From Octopus vulgaris (taxonomy: Eukaryota), in assembly GCA_951406725.2 (NCBI GenBank), contig OX597819.1, positions 21,142,001 through 21,206,000 of the forward strand: a DNA stretch of 64,000 bases. The letters run 5' to 3'. Numbering within the stretch: the first letter of the stretch is position 1; every line of letters starts with the position of its first letter. A model generated the notes under the pieces. The model was not told where the DNA came from, ran no database searches, and was given only the letters and a program-made list of their open reading frames with translations. Position numbers and translations under genes: made by a program. Positions 26,915 through 40,265 of the stretch are shown one piece after another.

Positions 26915-27277
26915 ACACACCAACACAGACCCACTGCATACATTTGAATAAGCCTCTACTTGTATACTTAGTGAGTGCATTATTGATATGGAATGAGATA
27001 GCAGCAACGTTGATAATAATGTTCACTCTGCATTGATGTGGAGGCATTCTCCTGCAACACTAACTTTCATGTTGACCACACAGTCATATTACTATGCAGG
27101 ATTGTCAAGCAGCGTGCAATGAAAGCACAATGCAGCACAGTGAGTGCACAGTATGCACTGAATGCACAATGCAATAAAGCTAATGTAAGCATGTTACTTG
27201 CAATATTCGTTAGGTTTTCGCGTTGCTTATTCTTGCAAACATAAACGGTTCAACGCATAAGTATATATGTCCACGAC

Positions 27278-27820
<543 letters not shown>

Positions 27821-28328
27821 ATGCACACACACATACATATGCGTATATAGTATTATATGTGTCTGCATATCTCTGTGTGTGAATGCGTGTGGCTGCATGT
27901 GTAAATAAATACGTCCAGTTGACTGATGAAGCGGCCATATTGCCAAGTGTCCAGAAATTGTTGGCCAGCATAAAACTAACGAAAAAGTGAATACTTACCT
28001 TTTTCTTAGACTTTCATCAACTTCAACCTAAATAGAATATTCTACGTGCCAAACGTTCCGTCCATGCTGGAAACAATGGTGGAATTAATTTACATAGATT
28101 TGGACTGAAAGTTTAACCTTCTGTAAGAGTGCTGAGATAACGTAATATAGTGGTACAAAAGATGGAGATTCTATCAACGAGAATGTAGGTTCGAGCGACG
28201 CCGGCTGCTGGCAGGTATGGTCTTCATTTCAAGCGACGCAGAAAATTGTCTGGTGTTTATTGTCATGCCAAGGAACCGGTTCAGCTGCCGGGGAGCAAAC
28301 GTTTCGTGTATATCGTACGCAGTGTTCT

Positions 28329-28565
28329 TTTATCGTTTGTTTCAATCACTGGATTACGGCCATGCTGGAGCACCACCTTGTAAGATGCAGTCGAACCAAT
28401 TCGTCCCAGTATATATTTCACTGTCTGGTGCATGTTCTATTTAGGGTTTTGTTTGATCATTAAGTTGTGGTGTTTTAAACGAACTATTACTAGTTGTCAA
28501 GCGGTCGGGAGGACCAGACACGTACACAAAGGCAGCCATCCTCTCCACACACATACTCAAACACA
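28329..28565 (-). mobile_element. SINE family 4 3' portion
   Basis: TTGTTTCAATCACTGGATTACGGCCATGCTGGAGCACCACCTT matches 37806-37850. Confidence 0.7.
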
Positions 28566-28599
28566 TTGGGAATTCATAGACAGGTTTGACATGAACGAC

Positions 28600-29420
28600 C
28601 GTTTTGGAAGTGGAATCGAGCCCGTCGGTGTAGGATTGATCTGCTGGAATTGGCAGACGACAGGATATTAGACGAGTTGTCGGATAGTGATCTCCGACAT
28701 GCGAATGCTTTTGATCGATCTACTGCTGAACATTTAGTGCCGCGAAAACTGAAACACTTCTCCTTCAAAGTTTAATCTATGTCAGTGGAGTTTGGCGGAA
28801 GCAGGTTTAGAAGTTCAGGTAACTTGGGAGCCCGTGTTCCCGAATGAAGGGAGGCATTGCAAAAGCAGGCGCAATCAATCAACAGCTTCAGTGATCGATC
28901 ATCTGAAGAAGAGAGTGAGGTATAAAAGCCAAATTTGCTATCTTCTGTTGGGTGTTCGAGCCTGCTCTTATTTTGGTCAGTGGCCGAGAAAATGCGATGC
29001 GAGTAAAAACGGCAGAAATCGGTTCCCTCCTCAAGTTCTTAAGAAATAACGTTATTCGATAATCTGCGTAGCTCGGGGATGAAGTGGGTGCTGTGTGTGG
29101 AGCCATTACTTCTCTGAACTGAGAAATCATCACAGATCCGATATTAAGGAGAAGTAGTAAGAATATCCCAGGAAATAATCGTTGAACAGGTTTTAGTAGC
29201 AAACCCAAGCGGAATAGACCGCAAGGAAAATGGTTGCAAAACATTCAGGAAATCGGTTGGGCCCGCATAGGAGATCCATTGGAACGCGGGCCTGAGGATT
29301 CTGTCATCACGACCCTTCCAGGAATAAGTGGGCAAAACATATATGACATGCGATGATAAAAATAACGGCTTTGTGAAATATGACCACCCTCGGTTTCCTT
29401 GGTGAAACAATTTATTTCAC
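28600..29420 (-). mobile_element. Decayed APE endonuclease region of an RTE-like LINE
   Basis: Minus-strand HTAPTSS (compare YAPT), KVT*TSKP (compare K.TW.SP) and ID*TL (compare IDYIL) occur in the expected order. Confidence 0.45.
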
Positions 29421-29596
29421 CATTTATGAAGCTGGTCAAAAGAACAATATGGTTTAATAAATGTGGTCGATGCAACCGATACTTGAGTGAAAACGCGCAT
29501 TTAGAAATAAGGCAGAGATTAATACTGGGGAGATAATTAACGTCACAGGAAATACAACCAATCTCTTAGGAGTATCATATGTTATATAAACCAACG

Positions 29597-29843
29597 TGGA
29601 GGCGCAATGGCCCAGTGGTTAGGGCAGCGGACTCGCGGTCATAGGATCGCGGTTTCGATTCCCAGACCGGGCGTTGTGAGTGTTTATTGAGCGAAAACAC
29701 CTAAAAGCTCCACGAGGCTCCGGCAGGGGATGATGGTGATCCCTACTGTACTCTTTCACCACAACTTTCTCTCACTCTTACTTCCTGTTTCTGTTGTACC
29801 TGTATTTCAAAGGGCCGGCCTTGTCACTCTCTGTGTCACGCTG
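29597..29843 (+). mobile_element. SINE family 3, 3'-truncated
   Basis: A-box TGGCCCAGTGG and B-box GGTTTCGATTCC. The head is near-identical at 57428-57606 and the body matches 17609-17926. Confidence 0.92.
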
Positions 29844-30056
29844 TTTTGTTATTTTGTAACTACAATTTCGCTTGGATTGAACTGATTTATGAACTTAATG
29901 ATTATAACCAGGACCCTTCATTATACTTCTTCAGAGAATTTCCAGTATATTGTCTTATAAGAGAGAAATACTTAACTTGAGGATGAATTGTCTGGTATTT
30001 ATGTCATGTGATTTTCCTTGGAAGAGAAGAGGTCAAACTAAAGCGTTTGACTCGGT

Positions 30057-30312
30057 CATAAAAACAAAAAACAAACCGTGTAATAGGTGTAAAACAACTT
30101 CATCTAAACGAATACGACAAGAAAAATGCGCGCTCGCGAAAGGGGGGTGGGGGAGATGCCTCGGAAAATTCACATCATGAATATCCGAAATCGTCTGAGG
30201 GTCTGATCTGGGCACAAAAACAAAAACGAAAAATGTGTAATATGTGTAAAACAACTACCTCTAAACGAATATGACAAAAAAAATGCGCCCTCGCGAAAGA
30301 GGGGTGGGGGAG
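30057..30312. repeat. Two-copy repeat of about 100 bp with period about 157 bp
   Basis: GTGTAATAxGTGTAAAACAACT..TCTAAACGAATAyGACAA..AATGCGCsCTCGCGAAAG.GGGGTGGGGGAG at 30057-30155 and 30213-30312. Confidence 0.85.
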
Positions 30313-30498
30313 CGGACGCTTTAATTTGACCAGAGAAGAATCACTAATTTAGATATATGTAATTAAAATAGTGATGGTAAGTCGCCGGTAATGAACAATT
30401 TCGTCTTCAGCTAAACGTAAGAAAGAAATAAGACCACCAGTGAGTGTATTTTGGATCTCATTGGAATGCCTTCGAGGAGCAAATAACTGGATCAAACA

Positions 30499-30885
30499 TC
30501 TCTTCTCTCTATATATAAACGGCAGTTTGTCTGTGCGTGTTTCTGTGTGTCTGTTTTCTTGTACCCTCACCCTGACCACGGCTTTCAACCGATTCTGATG
30601 AAACTTGACACACACATAGCCCAATGTCATAATTCAAAACTAACGCAGCGAAAATTTTGAAAAGTTCCCCCAGTTCTGAAAAGAATCGATAAATTCGACA
30701 TGGGGTCGAGAATCAGAAACACAAACCGCAAACCGTCTAGGGGACGCAACTCCACCTTTTTTAACTAAAAAAAAAATTTACCAACCATTTTTTCCATCTT
30801 TTTGCTTTTTTTGGTTATAACTCTCTAAAAATGCTTTATAGTTATTTCCCTTACAAACCTGAGCAACGCCGGGCAATACTGCTAG
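30499..30885 (+). mobile_element. Non-autonomous Helitron-like element
   Basis: 5' TC..TCTATATATAAA, a subterminal GC-rich imperfect hairpin CCTGAGCAACGCCGGG (30858-30873), and 3' CTAG followed by T. It is preceded by A and has no TSD. Confidence 0.75.
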
Positions 30886-31594
30886 TCATATCTAAATAAA
30901 GGAAAGCAAAACTTACTTATTCTGAAAAGTGATAAGGAATTGGAAATAAAAGTACACTTTCAGGTGAGTACATTAATATCTATGGTAACAGTGCATGCTG
31001 TACTCGAAACCAATGCACAAATCAGGGCTGATAAAATACCATCAGAGTTATGGATGCAATCATAGAAAATTATATTGGAATAACTGGAAATAGTTTATGG
31101 GAAAGATACACGAAACGAGTGAAATTCGTTTACAGATAAGAACAAATGGTATAAAACATATTTATCTGATATGGTATTGGAGTTAAAAACAGAATCGTGG
31201 AGAATCCTCCCATGAACCTGCACAATATAATGAAGACCAACAAGTACTAAGTGCCCAATATCAGTGGCAGACTGATATTCGGTAGAAAAGAATTAAATAG
31301 CATCAGATCAACAGTGAGAGTTTGGAAAACCAGGGAAGATGCCGTAAATACTTCTCTGCACAAAGCGAAAATTTAAACTGAAAACATTCCACTTTCACCC
31401 GTTTCCCAAACTACCACCTATCCAACCAGGATAAAATTTAGATATTTGCTCACAAAACTATTTGATAGCAGTCAGATCATCCCGGGAACTTATGTTCGAG
31501 TATCAAACTTCGCAGATATGTATGATATAAACACATGACATCACCCAATTTATATATATATATATATATAATGAACACCTATATGAACTGATTT

Positions 31595-31943
31595 GGGAAA
31601 GACTTCCGTCTCCCACCATTATCTCCCAAATTTGTTTACTTTTGTAATTTTTTTGCCAAAATTCCGTTTTCCGATACGTTTCCGGAAAATTGCCGACAAT
31701 CGGCATTGTGAAATTCGCCCCCCCCTTTCTCCCAACTTCTTAAATTCTGACTTTTTTCTAACATTAACCCTAACCCTAAAACCCTAACCGTAAGTACAGA
31801 ACTATTTTGAAGGAAATGGGGGTGGTGTGGTATTTTTTGCCAATTTTTTTGCAGATTTATATTCCCCGTAGCCGAAAAAGGGGGTTTGTGTCGGAAAAAA
31901 AAGATTTTTAAAAGGGTGTTTGGGGAGGACGGAATTCTTGCCC
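31595..31943. mobile_element. MITE with imperfect TIRs of about 20 bp and internal CCCTAA repeats
   Basis: GGGAAAGACTTCCGTCTCCC versus GGGAGGACGGAATTCTTGCCC. GATTT lies on both flanks. TAACCCTAACCCTAAAACCCTAACC is at 31765-31789. Confidence 0.65.
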
Positions 31944-32210
31944 CGATTTGCATTGAAAACCTATGAAGAGGCCATAAACGATCAGATAAACATTCTTCAT
32001 CCACCGAAAAAATGCAGGCATGTATCGTATGCTGGATGCATTAGAATACATTCATATATATTTATAATTATGTATATTCGCCAAGGTTTCTCACATAGTG
32101 TTAATTTATGCTGAACTCAGATTATTGCAACAACCAAAGACTAATGTAAAGAAATTAACAATTACAGAAACCCTTGAAAAGTTCATTCTCTAATTTTGCA
32201 AAACCACTCA

Positions 32211-32242
<32 letters not shown>

Positions 32243-32253
<11 letters not shown>

Positions 32254-32450
32254 CGGGAAGCTTTACGAAAATAAACAAAAGACGAAGGCAGGTGGAGTAC
32301 AAACAAACAATTGTATTAGTATGGCACTCAGGAATAGAAATAAAACAAGACTTTTACGTTTCGAGCCTACGCTCTTCAACAGAAAGATACACAGAAAAGA
32401 AACACGGAGAGAAACAAGGAGAGAAAAAATTGTGTGCAGGAGCTAACGAT
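32243..32450 (+). mobile_element. (TA)n-embedded dispersed repeat B (PLE pLTR-like); copies at 34197-34320 (+) and 40962-41140 (-)
   Basis: Shared AAAGAC..AGGTGG..TAcA.AACAA..TGTATTAGT..ACGC..GGAA..GAAA..GACTTTTACGTTTCGAGCCTACGCTCTTC. The PLE origin is inference. Confidence 0.7.
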
Positions 32451-32474
32451 ATATATATATATATGTACATATAT

Positions 32475-32800
32475 ACAAAATGGGACAAGAACGCAAAACA
32501 CCCAGAAGACGATACAAAAACACGGACGGGTCATTCGAAACCTTTAATCTTCAGTTAAGAACCGGATCATCCTCGCATTTAGGTTGATTAATCTTAAGAT
32601 TGCTCCAATCGGGCCAGCCCCAAGGAAAAACTAAGCTAAGAGCACAAGATTCCTTGGAAAAAAGCTTCGAATGTATACGAAACAAGGACGGGAAAAAACG
32701 TACCATGTTACACGAATATAAATTCAAAAATAATACAAAAATAAACAATAATAATAATAATAGCAGAACAGAACAACAGGCGTCTTTCGATTGGAGACGA
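32475..32800 (+). mobile_element. Dispersed repeat A; inverted copy at 40780-40888
   Basis: CAAAATGGGACAAGAACGCAAAACACCCAGAAGACGATACAAAAACACGGACGGGTC matches the reverse complement of 40826-40885. Confidence 0.75.
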
Positions 32801-32899
32801 ATTGATATATATATATGCACACATCTATGTACATATTAAAATTTGGGATTTTATCAATAGAACCACAATTCTTATTGTTGTATGGAATACATATAGAAA

Positions 32900-33600
32900 G
32901 TTATATCCAATAAAATAATATAAGCATTTATAAAATCCACTGTAAAATACAATAAAAATAAATATAACTTACCTGTTATTAGTCTGTGGGGAAAGAAGAT
33001 ACTTTTAATTAACGCCACACATGCATCTGGCGCTGGTGAGTGTTTATCAAGGCTATACCTAATACATAAATCCACCAGTATGTGATCAGGCTATTTATCT
33101 TATTGTTTTTATTATTAACGGATTAAAGTTAAAAATACATATTATAAGTCATATTAAATAGAAAAACAAGAATAATATTAACATTTTTTTTTAATTAAAC
33201 ACTTGAAATTACATTACTGATTTATATAGAAAATGCTAAACTTAAGGAACACCACGACGACTATTTTATAAAAACACATCAAATCCTACAATCGATCTAT
33301 ATAAACATTACGGGAATTCATAATTTAAGCTAAGATTTACCCCTATCTATACAAGTATAAATTACCATTTTTTTATGTCAAAAATAAGTTAATAGTATTT
33401 AAAAAGATTATTTAGTAAAAACCACTATATACGTTATAAATTTATTGAATAAATCTAATAAATATTTTTTTTTAAGCAGTAAAAAAATAATAAAGGATTA
33501 ATACTTACCAACATAATGTTCACTTTTCGTTCCTGTGCAAATGGCTACTCCCTCTGTTATGCGCTAAGTATTCTGGGAATAACGTAAATAAAATAAAATA
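32900..33600 (-). mobile_element. Possible ancient Penelope-like RT remnant
   Basis: Minus-strand ITEGVAICTGT (compare Q..GVAMG), FITYIVVF (compare RYIDDIF) and a HTG-containing segment (compare KPTHTG) occur in order. All are very degenerate. Confidence 0.3.
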
Positions 33601-33817
33601 CTCTAAAAGATTCTCTTAGACTAAAATTATTAGAAAGATTGAATTCAAGGGAAGATAACAATTAGATAGTCTTAAATCTAGATGTAACTGGATGTCTTTA
33701 TACTGTTTAAGATTTAAAGTTTTAAGTTGGATTCAATGTGGCCTGTCTATTCCTGTTAAGATAATATTCTTTAATAAATTCTTGGTTCCTGGTATATCTG
33801 TACCTAATACTATATAA

Positions 33818-34150
33818 AAAATAATAGTTATCGCCATACTAATATGGCATTCTTATAAAAATAAGAATAAAGCTGTCCGCTTATTAGCTCCATGAGGCCA
33901 TCGCCTTAAGTTAGCTATTTGATACACAAACTGTATCCATATAACCTTGGAACAAGGGAGGTTAGTCGCTCCACACTACTTGACCGGCAGCTACAGACGC
34001 GTTTCGGGGTATTGCCCCTTTTCAATGCAGCGTAGCCAGCGTTTCGGGGTATTTTTATAAGAATGCCATATTAGTATGGCGATAACTATTATTTTCCGGG
34101 AACGCTGCCTCTGTTCTCTTTTAGAGAGACTTAGTAATTTTAATATTTCT
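33818..34150. mobile_element. Penelope-type pseudo-LTR repeat with inverted junction
   Basis: 33818-34039 is the reverse complement of 42292-42513. 34050-34150 is a forward copy of 42468-42570. Arms 33818-33862 and 34050-34095 are inverted repeats. Confidence 0.85.
33990..34031 (-). ncRNA. Minimal type-I hammerhead ribozyme motif (U3-A8 core)
   Basis: Reverse complement reads GCUGCA UUGAAAA GGGG-CAAUA-CCCC GAAA CGCGUC UGUAGC, identical to 42300-42341. Confidence 0.7.
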
Positions 34151-34155
34151 GTTAA

Positions 34156-34201
<46 letters not shown>

Positions 34202-34586
34202 GGAGAATTCACAAAAAAAAGTCAAAGACAGGTGGTGTAGACAACAATTAGATGTGTATTAGTTTAACGCTCGGGAAGTGAAAAAGTTCCACAGAAAGAA
34301 ACAAGGAGATCTCACAGGGGAGCTAGGAAGAAATGGAGATAATACAATAAGGGTGATCCCAAATCAAAGGTGCGTGTACGTGTGTATCAGAGAGCGTGTA
34401 TGTGCGTGGGGAAGAGGGCTGGTGACCTTGATGTGTGCGTGTGTGCATGTGTAGGTGCGTAGATGATGCTGTGGTGTGGTAGTGGTGGGATCTGGGGGAG
34501 GCGAGTGAGGGAAAAGCAAGTGTGGGCTGTGGGTTAGGGTGAGGGTGGGGTTACGAGGGAGAAATGTGTGTGTATGTGTATATATC

Positions 34587-34617
<31 letters not shown>

Positions 34618-34620
34618 CTG

Positions 34621-34687
<67 letters not shown>

Positions 34688-34937
34688 CGCGGAGTAGATG
34701 AAACAGAGGCAGCTGAAAAAGGGGAATGTTCCTTGTGTTGTATGTCTTGTACTCTGTTTTTTCGTTGTTTAAAAATTGTCCGTTTCCTTGGTTTTGTGTT
34801 TATGTTTTCGTTTCTCATTGTGTTCGACGTTTTTTTTTTATGTCTTGTACCCATATATCCATATATATATATACATATAGATGTAGGTACATACATATAT
34901 GTATGTATATATGCATATGTTTTATTTATTAATTTGT

Positions 34938-34975
<38 letters not shown>

Positions 34976-35894
34976 ATATATATATATATGCTTGAGTGTG
35001 CGTGTGTGTCCAGAAGTATACGTGCAGAATATTAAGAAATGTCTTCTAAAGTTATTACAGATATCGAATTAGTTGGACAGACCGAGGATGTGGTTGCATA
35101 ATTTAATATATCAATGTAGTCTATTCTCTAGTATACCAAAATTCCTAAAACAAATTGAGTTTTGCCCGAATCCACTGCAAATGATTTGAAATTAAGACAG
35201 ATATCTACTGACCAGCAATTGTAAAACACTTTATTTGAGTAATCTTTTGTAACATCTTATCAAAACCATTTCTTTAAAGCATTAAAATATTTACGAAACA
35301 GGATCTGAACAATCTTCCGTAATGATTGAATTTAAATGGTCTCATTAAATGTTTTGATCTATTTATTTTGCACGCAAACAAACTGCTCGAGTAGAGAAAA
35401 GAAAATACAAAATTTTGTTCGCAAGAATTATATCGTAGAATTATCAAACCGTTTGCAAGACTATTAATAAGTAAAATGATTGACTGTTTCATTTCAGCTG
35501 TTACCGACAATTATCCAGGGATGGGATGGGATTGGAGTACAAGTAACCTCAGTCAACGCACATTTAGTTATGATGTATTTGGAAATTACTATCCTTCATG
35601 AAAGTCTAAGAAAATATTGAATTTTTTTTTCCATCAAAATATGAGAACTGGAAAATATTTATAGACGGTTACATTTGTCTTCGAAACGGAAATATAGAAA
35701 AATGATGCTTAAATAAATAACAGTATTCAATTCTCAACGAAAATTTACCAATCTGCATATATTAGTAATGACACATTCTTATACGTAGAAAGCATATATT
35801 ACAAACTTTCTTATTTGAACATATATCAATCTTACCTCGATAACAATCAAAATATTCCTTTAAGATTAAACATTTTCATAAGCAGAAATGTTTG

Positions 35895-35969
35895 ATATAT
35901 GTTTGTGTATGTGTGTGTGTGTAAGTGTGTGTGTGTGTGTGCGTACGTGTGTGCGTGTTTGTGTGTGTA

Positions 35970-36002
<33 letters not shown>

Positions 36003-36320
36003 GTGTTTGTGCGTGCTTATGTATGTGTGTGCGTGTATGTGTGTGTATGTGTGTGCATGTTTGTGTGTGTGTTTGTGCGTGCTTATGTATGTGTGTGAGT
36101 TTGTATGTGTGCGTGTTTGTGTAATGTGTATGTGTGTGTGTTTGTGTGTGTATGTGTGTTTGTGCGTGTATATGCATGTGTGTGTGGGATGTGTATGTGT
36201 ATGTGTGCGTGCGTATGAGTGTATGTGTGTGTGTTTGTGTGTATATATGTGTGTGTGTGTGTATGTGTGTGTATGTGTGCATTTCTGTATGTGTGTGTGT
36301 TTGTGTGTATGTGTGCATTT
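35895..36320. repeat. Long degenerate (GT)n array
   Basis: About 425 bp of GT, GTAT and GCGT repeats. Confidence 0.95.
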
Positions 36321-36789
36321 CTGATACCGGCCCTTATGGATATACGATCAACATACGTAATCACCCATCCTGAGCAGATGTTGGGACACCACGAACGAAG
36401 ACATTCGGTTATTAAATACTAAGACAGTCCAAAAAATCCACGCGACTGGATTGAAAAAATATTGTTATATGCAACTACTCACAATCGAAACCTATTATAT
36501 TATTCTCCAAAATGCGTCGATCAATATTCATTGGATTGCACAAATATATACAATTATAAAATTAAAACAAAACAATAATCATTATAAATTCCATCATCTA
36601 CAACAGAACAAACGTTCTCATGGTGTAGGTGATTCAAATGTGAGAGACGACTTAAATCATGCGAGGTCCCTCAATTCCATATCAAAGATGAAAAATGCTT
36701 CAAAACAATTATATTACCAGAGCATCTTGAAACCTAACTTATTTAATAACTTGTTGAGTATTTGGAGAGAAATATATATGAGAGTGCTG

Positions 36790-37222
36790 GGATCTTTTCG
36801 GTTTGAACGGCAGTTTTATCATAACTTCTAGGTAACAAAAATATTTTAAACTTCGTATACTGGTAGAATGTGTTTATAAAATATATTTTTCTCTTGGCTT
36901 TATTGAGAAAATTCTATATTTTGTAATGATATTTGTTGTTGTTTTTTTCCTTCAATTTCTGCAATTTCAACCAATCAATGACGTTCCATTGTGGTAAAAA
37001 AAAAAACATTCTGTGCTGTATGAATATGTCCCTCGTTTAAGAAACAGATTGGGTTTATTTACATTTGTGAAGAAAAAAGATACCCTTCCCCCACCCCTAA
37101 CCCTAACTAACTCTAACCCTAACAGATTGAAATGCAATAGATCGATACTAGGGCCATAATTATGGGTGACAATTTCATATGACACCGCTAGAAAAAAACT
37201 GCCGTTCAAGCCGAAAAGATCC
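36790..37222. mobile_element. Second copy of the 24243-24655 MITE, opposite orientation
   Basis: Same TIRs, and the interior is the reverse complement. It contains CCCTAACCCTAACTAACTCTAACCCTAAC. No matching TSD. Confidence 0.93.
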
Positions 37223-37786
37223 AGAAAACGAATTAAAGTTCATATTAAGCAAATTACTGTTATCCATTATAGACGTGCTTCTCTGAGTAAACGCAGAAAC
37301 TTGTGTTAAGAACAATCGGTGGAAATTGAAATTCGCCCCGTTGATATGACTGTGGTGGCAGGTCAGCTAAACACTCTGGTGTCTTTATTAATTGCAAAGA
37401 AATTGTTCACACTTTGATATGCCTATATATAATATATTCATTTTTAATCCTGTTATTAATTTCAAATGAGACAGTGAGCTGGCAAGAATCGTTTACACGT
37501 CACCCATAATTTGTAGCGCCATTTCTTTGCGCTTTTTTAAGTTCTGAGCTCATAAAACACCATGTTGAACTGCGCTGATCTTCAATTGGGGAACGATAAA
37601 ACAATCTACTCGTCTAGTAAGAGGCAAATGTCTCCTAAATTGTTACCAAAATATGGGGCAGTTATGATTCTAAAAAGCATTGATATTCAGCAAGTCTTCC
37701 TCAGCAGAACATAGTAATACATATTCAGAGTTGCTATAATGCTGCAGAAAATCAGTATCCTTTCACAATTAATTAAAAATTCTAAT

Positions 37787-38011
37787 TACTCTTTTACTTT
37801 TTGACTTGTTTCAGTCATTTGACTGTGACCATGCTAGAGCACCGCCTTTAGTCGAGCAAATCGATCGCAGTAGTTATTCTTTGTAAGCCTAGTACTTATT
37901 CTCTCGGACTCTTTTCCCGAACCGCTAAGTTACAGGGACGTAAACATACCAGCATCGGCTGTCAAGCCATGTTGGGGAGACAAAAACAGACACATAAACA
38001 TATATACACAC

Positions 38012-38071
<60 letters not shown>

Positions 38072-38234
38072 GACGGGATTCTTTCAGTTTCCGTCTACCA
38101 AATCCACTGACAAGGCTTTGTTTGGCCCGAGGCTATAGTACAAGACACTTGCCCAAGGTACCACACAGCGGAACTGAACTCGGAACCATGTGGTTGGTAA
38201 TCAATCTACTTACCACACAGTCACTCCTACGCCT
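37787..38234 (-). mobile_element. SINE family 4 (CORE-like) full-length copy with internal (TA)n
   Basis: Minus-strand head AGGCGTAGGAGTGACTGTGTGGTAAG..GGTTCCGAGTTCAGTTCC and CORE-like ACCTTGGGCAAGTGTCTT. Related fragments are at 22140-22225, 42755-42912, 43505-43660 and 61172-61198. Confidence 0.88.
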
Positions 38235-39687
38235 ATATTAATTAACACTTGGTAATTATGTCACCTGATTTTCAGGCCAAAATATAGATAATGATCAACC
38301 TTGTGACGACAGGAGTAATTTTATGTAGTTTCAGTTTCTTTTGTTGGTACTTCAAATACAATTGTACTTTCTTTACATTTTGTACTTTGTGGTAGCGTAT
38401 ACGCGAATTGCGCCTGCAACCGTATTAGTGGATGCTATTAAACAACTGTGGTTAGAGAACGAGAAAGACAGATTTTCATTGACACCATTGCGCCACGTGA
38501 TAGTGAGAGTAGAGAGATATATTTACGGCTTGCTCTGAACTACGGTTTATTTACTATCAGAGCGGATGTTCAAGAAACTGTAAAAAATTGTATTGCATGG
38601 TTGAAAAGTGCTTGTCTGCTATTGGGTATGTCTTATGTGCCATGGAGGAAACTATCATCAACGTTGCAGTATCTTTCACCCTCCTATAAAGATTTGCTAA
38701 TGATACGTGTTGTGAATTTTGTATTTTCCATTGCACGGTGGAAAACTTATAGGACCATTATCACATCGGACAAAATGCTAAGTGGCATTTTTTCGGTGGT
38801 TTACGACCCGATATCAAATCCCATCGAAGTCAATTTTACACTTTATCCGTGTTTAATGAAATCGACTTTTACTTCTCCGAAAATTGCTGGTCGTGAACCC
38901 ATTTGCGTGCAAGTGAAGGCTGTGATCTCGGTCACTTGTCCCCAATGGAATCATGGCAACTGGCCCTATGAGTGATAGGGCTCGAGAAAAAAATGTATTT
39001 GAAGTACTCTACGGTATATGTTTGCCGAGTCTAGTAGTATAATACCAGGCACGGCAAACTTGGGTTCTATACCTCAGTAATTCATAAAGTTTGGAATATA
39101 TATTTCTACGTTATTTACAATCTTTCTGAAGGCAGGCAGTCACAAGTATGAGAATTGTTTGTTTTAAATCCTTGTATTCTTATAAATATATTTTTGATCT
39201 CCATTTTTGCATAGTTTTTCCAATTTCTTTTAAAGATAACCTCTGCTGTGACTGATGCGTCAAGTATTAGATACTTCTAACCCTGTTCTTTCTACGAATA
39301 AATATACTGTCTTCTTGCTATAACTCCTGTCATACGGCAACCTGCGGTTACTTTCTCCCTTATCTTTGATATTTTTGGAGAGAATTTTGTAAGCTGATCA
39401 AAGAGTTTCGTGCATAAGAGCGTTAACGTAGACACAGAAATACCGACGACTTGTAATATTCGACATCTATCTAACTGTTCATATGTTCACATCGGTCGAT
39501 TCTCTTAATAATAATTCATAACTAGCTACAACAGAAAAGTCTAGAAAATGTTACTAGGATACCGCATGGCTAAATCACTAAACGGGCATCGTGCAAAGCA
39601 TTTCCCAGTTCTACAAGTTTCGCTTATGTATGTGGCAGGGTGTTATGGTTGAGAGGAGAATGGGGGTGTTGGAAATTTATGTAAATG

Positions 39688-40217
39688 ATCGTGATGATGA
39701 TAATGATGATGATGAGGATGGGCGTGATGGAAGAAAGGGTGGCAGCGATGATTGCGAATGTAATAAGAGCTGAGACAGTAGCAGCCATACCAAATGTAGA
39801 GCAGAAAGAGAAGAAGAAGAAGAAGAAGAAGAAGAAGAAGAAGAAGAAGAAAAAGAAGAAGAAGAAGAAGAAGAATAAGAAGAAGATGCGGATGATAATG
39901 ATGGAGAAGGCGAAGATGAAGAAGGAGATGAAGGAGAAGAAGAAGATGATGATGATGAAGATGAAGAAGACGAAACAGAAGAATAATTAGTAGTAGTAGG
40001 AGGAGGAGGCAGAAGACGAGGAGTGGTGGTGGTGGTGGTGGTGATGGTGGTGGCGGCGGTAGTAATTGTATTTGTGGCAGTGGTCATTGAGACGGATGTT
40101 TTTGCACCAAGATATTTGTCACAGTGCAGGCAGGTAGCGGCAGTAGCAGCAGCAGTAGAAAGAGGGGCAGAAGTAGCAGTAGTAGTTGTTGTTGTTGTTT
40201 TTGTTGTTGTAGTAGTT

Positions 40218-40262
<45 letters not shown>

Positions 40263-40265
40263 ATC
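39688..40265. repeat. Compound trinucleotide tract (GAT/GAA/GGT/GCA/GTT/GTA)
   Basis: Visible tandem runs, including a purine-only (GAA)n stretch at about 39800-39875. Confidence 0.95.

Noticed and set aside
27920-27965. CTGATGA hammerhead core candidates (also at 30595 and 45901)
   Set aside because: No properly placed stem II followed by GAAA, and no closing stem I.
29597-29672. tRNA genes (also at 8180 and 57428)
   Set aside because: The tRNA-like heads continue into shared SINE bodies and lack a clean cloverleaf or terminator.
31765-31789. Telomere or chromosome-fusion relic
   Set aside because: Only 3-4 imperfect units, lying inside a TIR-bounded element.
35866-36422. HT/CV-rich ORFs (similar ORFs at 0.7-1.2, 4.4-5.6, 27.2-27.9 and 58.9-59.5 kb)
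   Set aside because: They are dinucleotide repeat translations with no coding signal.
38448-38975. 175-aa ORF
   Set aside because: No convincing motif. It may be a decayed LINE 3' region, but I cannot support a call by eye.
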